Program-made: the position numbers and the translations under genes | Part shown: piece after piece, positions 38,601 to 50,289 of the stretch | How positions within the stretch are numbered: the first letter of the stretch is position 1 | Layout: each line of letters starts with the position of its first letter | Assembly: GCF_023055435.1 (NCBI RefSeq) | Contig: NW_025964002.1 | Span: 3,782,001-3,846,000, forward strand | Source: Haliotis rufescens | Lineage: Eukaryota | Length of the DNA stretch: 64,000 nt | Direction of reading: 5' to 3' | The notes under the pieces: model-generated | The model's input: the letters and a program-made list of their open reading frames with translations, nothing else | The model's database searches: none | What the model was told of the DNA's origin: nothing

Positions 38601-41600
38601 TCACTCAGTTGGTGGAATTGGAACGGTTACTTTGCTTTGCCCAAATGGTTGAAATTTGACACTCTCTGGATACTGAAAAGCCTGCGGGCTGACATACTTC
38701 AAGGCAGTGTCAGTTCTAAGTATGTCCGCAGACGCTATCACAATAACGGAAACCCTCATGCCGTACCGGACCTCCTCCGTTGTGATTGGCTCAGCAGTAT
38801 CAGCGTCAATGATAGCAATGAGGTCAGGGACGCACGCAATGACGTCACCTTCGTCATTGTTCTCACCTAGAGGTATTATTACTAAATTCTCGTTTTGGAA
38901 ATTGATGAGTACCTTTTGTCCAGAATACTTCTCTAACCCCTCGATGATGACACGACCTTTGTTGTAGCCACCTCTGGTCTCCCTTTGAACATCTCTGATC
39001 TTCCCAATCATGACATGAATAGATGTCTCTGTTTTAAGAATTGCTTCAATGGGCGACGTCTTCTCTATTCTTGAACGGAGGATGGCGTTTCCCAGTCTCC
39101 AAGCGCGACTGATGGTGTGCTGGACACATTTCGTCAGAACATCCTCTTTGACAAGAGGAGAGAAAGAACAGCCAGCTGAACATCCCATTTCGGTCACAAC
39201 ATCCCGGAAGTGATGTTCAACAAGAGTTGCGGTAGGAGCTTCTAGCATCACAGCCCGACGGTTTCTGTCGTCCACCAGTGCTGTAGGATATGCAGGAAGG
39301 CCATACATGTACGGGCACATCATGCTGAGCTTCGGGAATGCTCTCCCCATTGTGTCAGCATCCACAACGGGAAGATTAAGATCGGCAGCGACTAGGTATG
39401 GTTCAATGGCATTCATTCCTCCAATTTCAACAGCCATTAAAGCTTTGATTTGTTTTCCTTTGACTGAAGGGGAACCTGAGTTGTGACTGCCCGTTTGTTG
39501 GTAATCACTTATGAACCGCATGCCAGCTTTCTCTTCAATCGTGACTCCTGACTTGTTGTCTAGTGTCCCGTTTTGGAACCGGCCAATGTTAAATACATCC
39601 TCTATACATCTCAGCGCTGCAGATGTTTCTTTAGATGACACAAGCTGTTCATACATTATCAGTGGCGCTCCATAAAAACAGACAATGCTAACGAGATCGT
39701 TTTCGGGATCTGCATTCATCAGCAGACGTTCTGGGGTTATGATTTTAATTTCTTTCCCACTCCGAACAGCTTCTAAAGCGCGGAGCCTCCCAAGGTGGGG
39801 ATTTCCTCCGCCTCCACATCCGAAAATACCAGCTCCAACAACAATACATTCGATGTCCCATTCTGATAAACTCCACGCCCCAGTTTCAGGGTCAATTGTG
39901 GGATCCATGGGAACCTTGGTTGCATCGTTTCCATCATCCTTTCCGGACAGTTTAGTTCCCCCAGCAGACACCTCTTGTTTTGAATGCATAGTTTTCAGTG
40001 ATAGAGATCCCAAATTTTCATCTTCAGGAGCAAGCCATTTTTCAACCTTGACATTTCTCTGCACATGGTCCGCGAGATCGCCAACTACCTTCACCTTGAT
40101 TCTTGTCGCTTGACCCGGCATGTAGGACAACGTCATATCTTGTTTTTCTGCAACGTGTACAGTGGACGAATCAGCCCCTGCCTCAACTGCTACAGCTGTA
40201 GCTCTTGTTATAGCTGAGGCTAAGGCTTCATCTCTTGCCTTAACGATGAATGGTTTTCTTGCAAGCTCTTCTGCCATTTCGCTTTCCTTTCCATCAGGAT
40301 CTTCTGTTACCCTGCCAAGAGCCTCCTCCACACATTTGTCCATGGCTGTCCTGTCTATCATGTCTAATATACTGACGACGTAATCAATACTACCTGACAC
40401 CTGACTAAGAGCAGCCCCAATAGCGTTTGCGACACCATAATGTTGCGGCATTAAGACTTCAGAGGCACCAGTTAGATTTCGCTTCAGGTCCACAAGGATA
40501 CTGCCACCTCCCACGAGGATTACAGGCAGTGATTGATCACTCAGTTTAACCTTGTCAATAGATGCCTCAATCATTTCATGCATCCGGTCCAGCGCCATCG
40601 TTACAACAGTTTCTGAAATGCCTTGTATGAAGTCCTTGTTGCCAAGCTCAACTAAACCTGCAGCAACAGCTATGTCTGTTGTTGTGATGGATCTCCCTTC
40701 CTCTCCAGCCTCGCTGCTGAAGACCAGTGCCTCGTTCTTTAAGTTGAACCCAGCACTCAATGGTCCCACGGCAATGCTTGAGATCCCATCTGACTCGTTT
40801 GTTCGAGGAATTACATACGAACCTCCTCCAAGACCAATACTTAGAACATCGGGCATGCGGAAATTGGTCCTGACGCCACCTATCTTGACCTGAGTTGATG
40901 CTTCTCGTGGGAAGCCATTCTTCAAAACACCAACATCGGTCGTTGTACCTCCGATGTCAACCACTATTGCATCCTCTATCGCTGACAGGAATGCTGCTCC
41001 TCGCATGCTGTTGGTAGGCCCGGAAGCGAATGTAAAGACCGGATATTGTCTAGCCTTGTCTGAACTGATGATGGTTCCGTCATTCTGCGTGAGGTAGATA
41101 GGACAGTCCAGGCCAATATTTCCTAAGGCGTCTCTGAAACCATCGATTGTTCGTTGACAAAGTGGCTTGAGGCATTCGTTCAGAATTGCAGCATTTTCTC
41201 TTTCAAGCAACCCAAGATGACCAATGTCGTGTGATAGCGTCACGCTGGCATCTGGCGTTATTTCCCTGAGGATTTTCTCCACTTCAAGTTCCTGATCATA
41301 TCTAATGGGGGAGAAAACCCCACAAACAACAAACCCTATGTCTCCTGATGCTTTCACAATCTTCTCAATCTCGTCCCTTTTGACATCATCAATCGCCCTT
41401 CCATCAAATCGGTACCCACCAGCAACAAGATGCGTCGTATGACAAATGATATCCTTCAAATGCTTTGGAAAGTCGCTAAATGGCGGAAGAGCTTCTGACA
41501 CTGAACCACAGAGACGGATAACTGACACCTTCGCTAAATCCCTCCCCTGTACTGCAGCGTTTACGAAGTGGGTGGTTCCTATGTTGACTTGGACAACACC

Positions 41601-41804
41601 GACAGACGTCCCAGACCTGCACGCTTCACTCAGGACCTTGCTGACCGCTCTCTGCACCCCGGTAGTCACGTCACTGGTGGTAAGCTCCTTCACACCAGCA
41701 ATGACCACGGGCTTGTCGACGTCCTTCGTTATGACAACGGCATCAGTGTTGGTCCCTCCTACATCTACGCCTACGACGACTGGAATCACGGGCTTGTCGC
41801 TCAT
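38601..41804 (-). CDS. HyuA-like-DUF917 fusion, paralog 2, 1067 aa, single coding exon
   Basis: Same motif set as paralog 1. Start placed at the ATG at 41804 (MSDKPVIPVVVGVDVGG) by alignment to paralog 1; the ORF-track extension to 41906 runs through a tttcag acceptor at 41814-41815. Confidence 0.93.
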   Translation of the reverse strand: MSDKPVIPVVVGVDVGGTNTDAVVITKDVDKPVVIAGVKELTTSDVTTGVQRAVSKVLSEACRSGTSVGVVQVNIGTTHFVNAAVQGRDLAKVSVIRLCGSVSEALPPFSDFPKHLKDIICHTTHLVAGGYRFDGRAIDDVKRDEIEKIVKASGDIGFVVCGVFSPIRYDQELEVEKILREITPDASVTLSHDIGHLGLLERENAAILNECLKPLCQRTIDGFRDALGNIGLDCPIYLTQNDGTIISSDKARQYPVFTFASGPTNSMRGAAFLSAIEDAIVVDIGGTTTDVGVLKNGFPREASTQVKIGGVRTNFRMPDVLSIGLGGGSYVIPRTNESDGISSIAVGPLSAGFNLKNEALVFSSEAGEEGRSITTTDIAVAAGLVELGNKDFIQGISETVVTMALDRMHEMIEASIDKVKLSDQSLPVILVGGGSILVDLKRNLTGASEVLMPQHYGVANAIGAALSQVSGSIDYVVSILDMIDRTAMDKCVEEALGRVTEDPDGKESEMAEELARKPFIVKARDEALASAITRATAVAVEAGADSSTVHVAEKQDMTLSYMPGQATRIKVKVVGDLADHVQRNVKVEKWLAPEDENLGSLSLKTMHSKQEVSAGGTKLSGKDDGNDATKVPMDPTIDPETGAWSLSEWDIECIVVGAGIFGCGGGGNPHLGRLRALEAVRSGKEIKIITPERLLMNADPENDLVSIVCFYGAPLIMYEQLVSSKETSAALRCIEDVFNIGRFQNGTLDNKSGVTIEEKAGMRFISDYQQTGSHNSGSPSVKGKQIKALMAVEIGGMNAIEPYLVAADLNLPVVDADTMGRAFPKLSMMCPYMYGLPAYPTALVDDRNRRAVMLEAPTATLVEHHFRDVVTEMGCSAGCSFSPLVKEDVLTKCVQHTISRAWRLGNAILRSRIEKTSPIEAILKTETSIHVMIGKIRDVQRETRGGYNKGRVIIEGLEKYSGQKVLINFQNENLVIIPLGENNDEGDVIACVPDLIAIIDADTAEPITTEEVRYGMRVSVIVIASADILRTDTALKYVSPQAFQYPESVKFQPFGQSKVTVPIPPTE

Positions 41805-42008
41805 ATTTCTGTACTGAAATACAAACACGTCATGTGTCAAAATGAACTGCATAGAACACATATGAATCTGTATATTACCTAATGATATTGCTCCAATAAC
41901 GAGCACAAATGGTATGTGATGACAAATTTAAGCTTCCTAATCAGGTCTATAACTCAGCCACGTTTTAGTGACGTTTCCAATGTATTAAAGCTGTTCGTAT
42001 TAGCATTC

Positions 42009-42157
42009 TGAGTGAGTGAGTATGGCTTTACGCCGCTTTTAGCAATATTCCAGCAATATCACCACCAGAAATGGGCTTCACACATTGTACCCATGTAGGG
42101 AATCGAACCCGGCTCTTCGGCAAGAACGGTTAAACAACCAGGCTACCCGACCGCCCC
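42009..42157 (-). mobile_element. SINE family B
   Basis: Colinear with 2926-3093; flanking direct repeat TTAGCATTC. Confidence 0.8.
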
Positions 42158-42784
42158 ATTTTAGCATTCCGAAGTGCCATGATATGCTTGATACACCCAT
42201 GATTGGGTGTTTGTAACATGATATTTGATTTGTAAAGACAAAACCATTATCGAAAACACACATACTACACCCTATATAGGTTTACAGACACTGTGATTTA
42301 CCTTGACGTCCAGCTGAGGAAAGATTCTGAGTTGAATATTGAAGCAATGTATGAGTGAGCACGTATAACACCTAGCTGGTGTAAGCTCTTTAATCCAGGT
42401 CACCAGCTACGTGTATTGTTATCACTTTGGGAAACTAGGCCAAAGTCTAATGGACATTATATTGTCCGGTCACAGGCTTGTTAAGGTCCTTCGTTATAAC
42501 AACGACTTCGGTGTCCATGACGACTGGACGGCGAGAGCTTGTCAGTCATATTTCTATGCTAAAATGTAACCAAAGTTCGCTATCGTGCGATAGGCAACGT
42601 GATTAATGAATCATTGCTAATGAGTGTATAGCTGTCCCCTTCAAACTATCACCCACGCTTAACATCGTTTATCAATATTTTAGATTTCAATCAGGGCTAT
42701 TCTTACATTTCATTTCATCATCCTCATAAAATAATACCCCTTGAATATTTATGTTTACATCTTGGTAACTCATACCAAATGTTT

Positions 42785-43045
42785 AGCGCAGTGGGTTTTA
42801 TTTGTGGTTAAATGATTCGCTCGTCCCGCCGAAGACCCAGGTTCTGAACCCAGTTCGCCCAGATTATATTTTGTTTGGTTTGTCAGTACCGTAAATATAT
42901 ACCTACACCGTGGGTTTCACCCAAGTGGAAAATCTTTATTATATACAACACTTCGGGCTTTCCTGCCACATCACGTTGACACGCCGTTATATAACTGAAA
43001 TACTGTTCAAATCGGCGTAAAATCATCTTCACTTACTGACTCACT
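42785..43045 (+). mobile_element. Degenerate tRNA-headed SINE (B-like head, D-like 3' part)
   Basis: GTGGTTAAA..TTCGCTCG..CGCCGAAGACCCAGGTTC head; CTTCGGGCTTTCCT...GGCGTAAAATC...CACT tail. Confidence 0.55.
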
Positions 43046-43157
43046 TGTGAGTCGGCTTCACTTAACTTGTCACACATGCCACATATAAGTAAAATCGATT
43101 TCATGTTGGGAAAGATCACATTCACATTATTGAAGTAGAGGCTCGATTTCGGTAAAC

Positions 43158-43472
43158 GACCGCCTCCGATGTACCAGAGAGAGGAAGGTCGGTGGTTCGA
43201 TTCCCGGCCGCGTCGTTCGCGACGTTAAAAAAATGTACTTGTTGTTACCCTGCCTGGTGTTCGGTATTAAGGGAATAAAACAAGGACAGGTCGGTTCGGA
43301 CCAGTATGCTGTGTCTGAGTGGAATATCCATACTAAACGACATCATGGTACATGTATCTCCTTGGTCTAGCCCTGTAACATTGGACTAGTACAGACAGCC
43401 ACAGACACACGTGCATACGTCGCTAAAACGTGCAAAGACGTTGAACGCGACATTAAACTCAATGTCACCCTT
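43158..43472 (+). mobile_element. SINE family C, diverged
   Basis: ACCGCCTC...GGTTCGATTCCCGGCCGCGTC...GACGTTAAAA...CGCGACATTAAACTCAATGTCACC. Confidence 0.75.
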
Positions 43473-43674
43473 ACCTTCTTGTTTGAAATATACCAGCTGC
43501 GTTCCCCATATTCGTTAGCCGTAACAAGGAGTACAAGTACAAGTACAAGGAGTTTGGGGAATTCATTGTTGTGTCTGTATTGTCTTTAAGTTTCCTGTTG
43601 TGTGATGCACCTTGGTTGACGATACCTACAGAACCGAGCAGCGGGCAGTATGATCCTTCATTGGGGCTATAAGA

Positions 43675-43845
43675 GAGTGAGTGAGAAACTATGGTTTTAC
43701 GCCGCTTTGATCAATATTTCCGCAATATCACAACGGGTGACACTAGAAATGGGCTTCACACATTGTTCCCATGTAGGGAATCGAACCCGGGTCTTTTGGC
43801 CTTAGGGGTGAACGTTCTAACTACTTGGCTACCCCACAGCCCCCG
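43675..43845 (-). mobile_element. SINE family B
   Basis: AGAAATGGGCTTCACACATTG...GGAATCGAACCCGGGTC...GGCTACCC. Confidence 0.8.
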
Positions 43846-44187
43846 CTTTTGGAGAAAAACGTTTTGATTAGCGAGTGAGTGTTTTTCCGCCTCGGGTATT
43901 TGCTGCGATGAACAGTACAGTGAATATTACGCCGATGAATTGATCTCCATCAGAGACTAACACGAAGACTGGGTGGTTTGTAATGGCTGAATGTGTGCCA
44001 TTCGTGCTCATGCTATCAACCATTGGTTAACCTGGTACAGACTCGATTATTCACGGGCCCCAGTGATATGATTATGTATTGTTTATATATTTGAAAAGCT
44101 GGTGGCAAGGAATCCCTTTTCGAATTGTACCAGGTGAAAGGCCAGTTTTTGTTTCTGCCTGATAGATGCGCCAACATTATCAATATA

Positions 44188-45569
44188 TACTCAACAACAA
44201 AAGTTCCTGTGACACCAATATTTTAGTGGATTTTTCAAACAAGTAAAGTTTGGTTTTCAATATTGTAGTAGATGTATGGAATCAAGTCACAAAACGCAAC
44301 TGCTACAGGAAAGCATGCATTCCATGCAAAAGTTGACTTTTATGCAAGCCCAATGCATTTCACTACCCAAGAATGGGTATAAAAACATGTGCGTTAACGG
44401 GATTCCACATGTATTGTTGAGCATCGTGCTGACAACAACCACTCAGAAAAACAACAAAATTACGCAATTATTCAACATTACGCCTGTCCAAAAATGAGCG
44501 TCTGCAAGCCATTGGTATGCTCAAAGCAGGATCGAGTCAACGTCATGTTGCAAAACAATTTAACGTCCACAGAAACACCATTTGGTGTTTATGGCAACGT
44601 TGGTAACAGACGAATGCAGTCAGAGACCATCCTCGGAGTAGCAGGCAACGCGTAACCAATAATCGACAAGACAACTGGATTCGAACAACACACCTACGAA
44701 ATGGATTCCAGCCAGCAACAGTGACTGCAAGAAGCATCCCTTGCCTTCGACGAATATCTTCACAAACCGTACGTCGCCGCCTCAGATGTGCAGGGATTGT
44801 CGCCAGAAGACCCGCCAGACGTCCCATTTTGACAGGAAACCACCGTCAAACAGGTCTACAGTGGTGCAGACAGCGTTTACGCTGGACGGCCATGCAGTGG
44901 GGACAAGTTCTATTCACCTCAGCCACAGCGATGGACGGATTCGAGTGTACCGACGTCGAGGTGAACGTTACGTCAATCATTGTGAAATGGAAGAAGATCG
45001 GTTTGGGGGCGGCAGCGTTATGGTATGGGGTGGGATTACAGCAAGACAGAGGACCCGTTTGATAGTGTTAGAGGGAAATCTCGATGGACAGCGCTACCGC
45101 GACGAAATCATCGGCCCTGTTGTTCTACCGTTTTTGCGTCGTCATGGCCCAGGCATTACCTTTCAACATGACAACGCCCGGCCTCATATTGCTCGACTTG
45201 TTCAGGTTTCTCTTAAAAAAAACGACGTGAATGTCATCCCCGGGCCGGCTCGGTCCCCTGATCTCTCACCAATCGAGCACATGTGGGATGAGATGGATCA
45301 GCGCCTTCGACGTCAACCACGTGTTCCACAGACACTCCAGGAATTTCAACCAGAGGTGGACACACACGCTATTGATTTGTAAATTGACATTTTGTCAGTT
45401 TCATGGGGTTTTTTTATGAAATCGCGCATTTTCTGAAGTCATTATAGCAAATTAAACCATTTACAGGAGTCTTTTATCGGGTGCAAACCGAAATTGTTTC
45501 AGATTTGGTAAAAAACATAACTTTTTATTAAATCTTATTCAATGTCTCAGGAACTTTTGTTGTTCAGTA
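44188..45569 (+). mobile_element. Tc1-family DNA transposon, non-autonomous copy 2 (same family as 29876-31172)
   Basis: TA-flanked TIRs TACTCAACAACAAAAGTTCCTGTGACA / TGTCTCAGGAACTTTTGTTGTTCAGTA. Transposase motifs GGGSVMVWGGI, QHDNARPH, SPDLSPIEHMW; stops, frameshifts and loss of the first catalytic Asp (TDESRF). Confidence 0.93.
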
Positions 45570-46717
45570 TATACATGTATATATACATGAGTCCAAGCAT
45601 ATCAGCTTCACCAGCCACCTCATCCGTCCATAGCCTTCGACACGTGATATGATAACGACATAGGTCAAAGTATAGATAAGATCACGCACGTATTCCACAA
45701 GAAGAGATATAGTGGGATTTGAAATCAGATATATCTACGCTTGCTACAACCTTGTATTAGTGTCAGAGCATCTTGGGATATGTATTACAAATGTATTGTT
45801 AGATATGATAAGTATACGATATTCTTTGCTAAATTATTAATGAATAATATCTTACGCTAAGTCTAAATAATATTAAAACCAAATGATATACTAGTCTTAC
45901 ACATAATCAATGTATCTCAACAAAACACATTCATTTCAGAGAGTGTTATGATATTTGTGTGAAATCTAGGCTTCGAACCCACCATCATCGATTTCTAGCA
46001 TAGCTAAGGTACTTAACTCTGCACGACGAAGCACTACAGTACAGTTCAAAGACCATCATTTTACAGTGGAATGTGGAACGCTGTGTATGTTGAGTATAAC
46101 TGTAATTTTATTACGATTAGATCGACCTTTGTGATGTTAGAAATAACAAAGCGCGTGATGCATGTATAAAGGTTATCGGTCTGGTCGCCTTGTCGGAACA
46201 AAAGAAGTTTATTGTGATTACAAACGTTTGGGTAAATACAAACTAGGGAATGAAAAATAGATGAAATCGACGCATCTCATGTTTATTCGCATATAATCTT
46301 TAACAATTTGTATCACAGTTTGAAATCATTTTAGTACTGTTGTCACAGCTCCCGATGATGTAAGCAGGTGGGAGGCAGCACCTGCAGTATGGAAGACATC
46401 CATGTCAGCAGTCTGCAGTCTGTGTTTAAGTAGCTTCGGGCTTCTGGTAATGACTGTGTATGTCTATTCTTCTGTTGATTTGCCATAGTAATAGCGTCTC
46501 AAAACTATTTCGGCATTTATACCCTAACAACCATAGTGTTATCACATTAGCACATCTTTATATGAGGAACTATGTGAGTGAATTCATATCATATTATAAC
46601 TAGCCATCTTCCCGGGGAACGTGTCTGTATAAGTCCAATTTCCACCCTTGACGAACTAGGCTGGAAGTTTTGCGCTCCATCGTAGCGTCAACAGTGACTA
46701 ATACGAGTTATGTCCCT

Positions 46718-46986
46718 TTGTTTGTTTGTTTGTTGTTTAACGCCACACTCAGCGATATTCCAGCTATATAACGGCGGTCTGTAAATAATCGAGTCTGAAC
46801 CAGACAATCCAGTGGTTGACATCATGAGCATCAATTCACGCAATTGGGATACGATGACATGCATCAACCAAGTCAGCGAGCCTGACCACCCACTCCCGTT
46901 AGTAGCCTCTTACGACAAGCATAGTCGCTTTTTACGGCAAGCATGGGTTGCTGAAGCTCTATTCTCTTACCGGGTCTTCACGGGTC
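46718..46986 (-). mobile_element. Short retroelement family A, full length
   Basis: Colinear with 1843-2097, with an (AAAC)n tail. Confidence 0.85.
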
Positions 46987-47554
46987 CCTTCAGATTCCAT
47001 CTCTCATATAACTTTCATTTGGTTCAAATAAAACGGCGTCGCCCAGTGAAGACGATCTGATCGATGATCAAGATCTATATTGTAATAACACGGTCATACT
47101 TCGCTAAGTGCATCAAATCACATTAGCGCCTTTATTAGAAACATGAAAAGATATGGAAAATATCCCATGAACGCTAAGTTGTCGGTACACATGCTTTGGA
47201 AATCCTGCAAACGACCGAAATCTGCATGACATTTTAGGAACCGGATGTCGATTTCCTTACGCGATTTGGATTGGACTATACATAGACTCGTTAGTACAGC
47301 CAAACTAAAACTCATTATTCCAGCCTTGTGCGGCAAGTGTGGAAACTGAACTTTTAGTAAGTTAACTCCCCTGCCTCGGGAAGATGATGACTATCTGGTT
47401 AGGTAGCATTATTATTTATCACCTTTGTACGCATCTCCAGCCAATGCAGATATATGTATCCTAGCACATAAACTCACAATGATGGTTGCTATGTTCATTT
47501 TCTCGCCCAACAAATTATATTGTGACACGGAAATGATACCAATACATGCATTTC

Positions 47555-49170
47555 CTAAGTTCCATCACTGATGTCGTGTGTGTGGATGTACCTATCATCC
47601 ACAGACACGTACATCACATTATCCTCATCCACATACACAGCTCGTGGATCGGACACCTCATCAGCAAAGGTGAGTATATCTCTCACAAACCCCCCTGTTG
47701 GGCTCAGCTGAATCACCTTATGGTTGTTCCTGTCTGCTATGTAGATGCCTCCTGCCCCGCCCTGACACACCCCGAGCGGACGACTCATCATAAAGCTCTC
47801 CCCGGGCTGGTACTCAAACTCCAGTGATCCGTCAATATTCACACACACAACCTTGTTACATTTCCAGTCCGACACGAGGAGCTTGTTGTCCAGTGTTGCA
47901 TGCAAGAACAGAGGTTTAACAAACATGTCAACACCAAAACATCGGAGTCTCGTCCCTGAGAGATCGATGACGTCAATGACGCCTACCTCCTCCCCACTTG
48001 CTGCCAGTGTTGTAGAGTCCAAGCAGGCCAACCCGATATAGCGTAGCTGGGTTTTGATTATCGAGTCTTTTTGCAGTTTGGGACTTACAGAAAGAACCAC
48101 TAATTGTTTCTTCTTTGGAACTGCGGTGACAGCCTTTGGCGAGTCTAAGTTTGTAATACCGTATGGGTGACTGTCCAATTTTAGATAACTGCTGCTGGAT
48201 TTTCCCGTTGATATATGAAACAAATGCACCATTCTATCTTCAGGTTGTGTTACAACGATAGTTTTAGTGCCCTCAAACGAGACCACTGTTAGGTCATGCA
48301 ATCCTGTCCTCCCGATATCAAACCGTTTCACGTCACTGCACTTGTTCTTATTGTCTGTCGCCCCGGTTATGTGGCCAACTGTCACCCTTCGCAAAGACGT
48401 CATCAATGAGCTTTTGTTGTCCATAAACTTAACATCCACAATACCTTTGGTGTCCAGTTTATCAGCTTCTCTCGACTTGTCATTGTCGTCAGCAGCTGAG
48501 AATATCTTGTAAACTTCATAATGGTCCATTGTGGTTGCAGATGACAAGGCTTTGTTGGCAAACATTATCCTTTGATGGGCATCCTTCAGCTGCATCTCGT
48601 TATGTCTGACATCCTTCATCAGGACCAGATCAGCCTCATCCTTCCTCTGCTTCAGTCGCCCTTTCAACTGGCTCTGCTGATGTCGTATTTCGGCGACAAG
48701 TTCGTCGCATGTGTCGTCGATCCCTTTTTCTGCCGCTTCATAAGTGCTAGCATATTGTTCAACCTTTTCATTCCAAACAGCGATGCGTTCTTCCAGTTTA
48801 GGGATCTTGGTTTTCAGGTCATATTTCAGCTTCTGCAAAAGGGCATCTATTCTTAAAGCTGATTCTGCTAGTGGTACCACCTTATTACATCCTCTATGGT
48901 CCAGGATGCAACATCGGGAACACACGGCTTCATCGCAGTCCTCACACAGGAGGTCAATGACCTCATCTTCATGCTTGTCACATCTTGCACGTCTTGGTAC
49001 TGTTTTTATCACGTCCCCCGTGACATCAGATGCTGTGTGGGATGTATGAAGTTTTCTATGTACCCTTTCACAGTCCGAGCACATCGACTCTCCGCATTCC
49101 GGACACCAGACAGCGGCATTCTTTGTTTTTTCCTCATCCGCACAGATGCTGCAGTCTGTGTGTTCAGCCA
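47555..49170 (-). CDS. TRIM-NHL gene exon 3: B-box1, B-box2, coiled coil, NHL-type beta-propeller
   Basis: CSIC...WCPECGESMCSDCERVH, CDKH..CEDCDEAVCSRCCILDHRGC, heptad region, NHL-like repeats (PYGI, LLVSDW, PLGV, IYIADRNNHKV, PRAVYVD). ttacag| acceptor in phase 1. Confidence 0.85.
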
Positions 49171-49197
49171 CTGTAACATGAGCACATGACTCTGGAT

Positions 49198-49358
49198 GAG
49201 TGAGTGAGTTGAACTTTATGCCGCTTTTAGCACACAAGCAATATCACAGCAGGGGACACCAGAAATGGGCTTCACACATTGTACCCATATGGGGAATCGA
49301 ACCAGGGCCTTCAGCGTAACGAGAAAACGATTTAACCACAAGGCTACCCCACTGCCCC
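49198..49358 (-). mobile_element. SINE family B in TRIM intron 2
   Basis: TSD GACTC(T/C)GGATGA at 49188 and 49359. Confidence 0.85.
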
Positions 49359-49662
49359 GACTCCGGATGACAAGCCGGATGTCACATAAGCCTATCTGAA
49401 CCTTTTAACCAATTTATATCATAATGGTTGATATGTTTTATAGGATCCTTGAATCATATTACATATTATGGTTTTAAACGAAATTAGTATTTCTTATGAT
49501 TTTACTTCTGAAAATGATACCTGGGTCAGTTATTATAAGAGTGTGAAAATGAAGCTTCCTATTTGCAAAGAGCATGTTTACAGCCCAGTTAAAAGAAAAT
49601 CTTTCACCCTTGTGTGAAGATTATTTATTCCGTTAACAAACCTCCATCTTCTGCAACGGTAC

Positions 49663-49782
49663 CAACGAGATTCTTGACAGAGGTGACCCCTCTCACCTGC
49701 CCCACCCATTCCTCAAGGGGTCGCTGGGGGTGAGGCACTCTTGTCTCCCCCTCACACAGGGGGCAACAGAGAACGTCTCCAG
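49663..49782 (-). CDS. TRIM-NHL gene exon 2 (end of RING: CCPLC)
   Basis: ctttcag| acceptor; GDVLCCPLCEGETRVP..WVGQVRGVTSVKNLV; the G|gtacc donor keeps phase with exon 3. Confidence 0.7.
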
Positions 49783-50070
49783 CTGAAAGGTACAAAGAAA
49801 ACATGTGGGCGAGATGTTTCAAATACATGTTTCCGAGTTAATGCATGAACTACATTGTGCAACATACACTTCGAGCTTTCAAGCCTTGTTGGTATAAATG
49901 CATTCAAACTATTGCGTCTTATAATGTACAGGTATTTGAAATCTGAGAGAATTCAGAGATCGCTGACAAAAAGATATACTGTGTCTTAAATATTAATACA
50001 TTAAGTTGAATATTGCACATGACGACTTGCAAAATTATCAGGTGGAGTGAGTTGAAATAGGGTTAAACGT

Positions 50071-50281
50071 NNNNNNNNNNNNNNNNNNNNNNNNNNNNNN
50101 NNNNNNNNNNNNNNNNNNNNNNNNNNNNNNNNNNNNNNNNNNNNNNNNNNNNNNNNNNNNNNNNNNNNNNNNNNNNNNNNNNNNNNNNNNNNNNNNNNNN
50201 NNNNNNNNNNNNNNNNNNNNNNNNNNNNNNNNNNNNNNNNNNNNNNNNNNNNNNNNNNNNNNNNNNNNNNNNNNNNNNNNN
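50071..50281. other. Assembly gap (211 N)
   Basis: Run of n. Confidence 1.
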
Positions 50282-50289
50282 TAGTTCAA

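Noticed and set aside
32792-41804. Bacterial contaminant or fold-back dsRNA explanation for the inverted gene pair
   Set aside because: Animal SINEs lie between and around the genes, and both have matching splice acceptors. The paralogs look too diverged at the nucleotide level for long duplexes.
41805-41906. 34-aa N-terminal extension of paralog 2
   Set aside because: Non-ATG start, crosses a splice acceptor, and is absent from paralog 1.
49171-49237. N-terminus of the 560-aa ORF
   Set aside because: Derived from SINE tail and intron; the real N-terminus comes from the RING exons.
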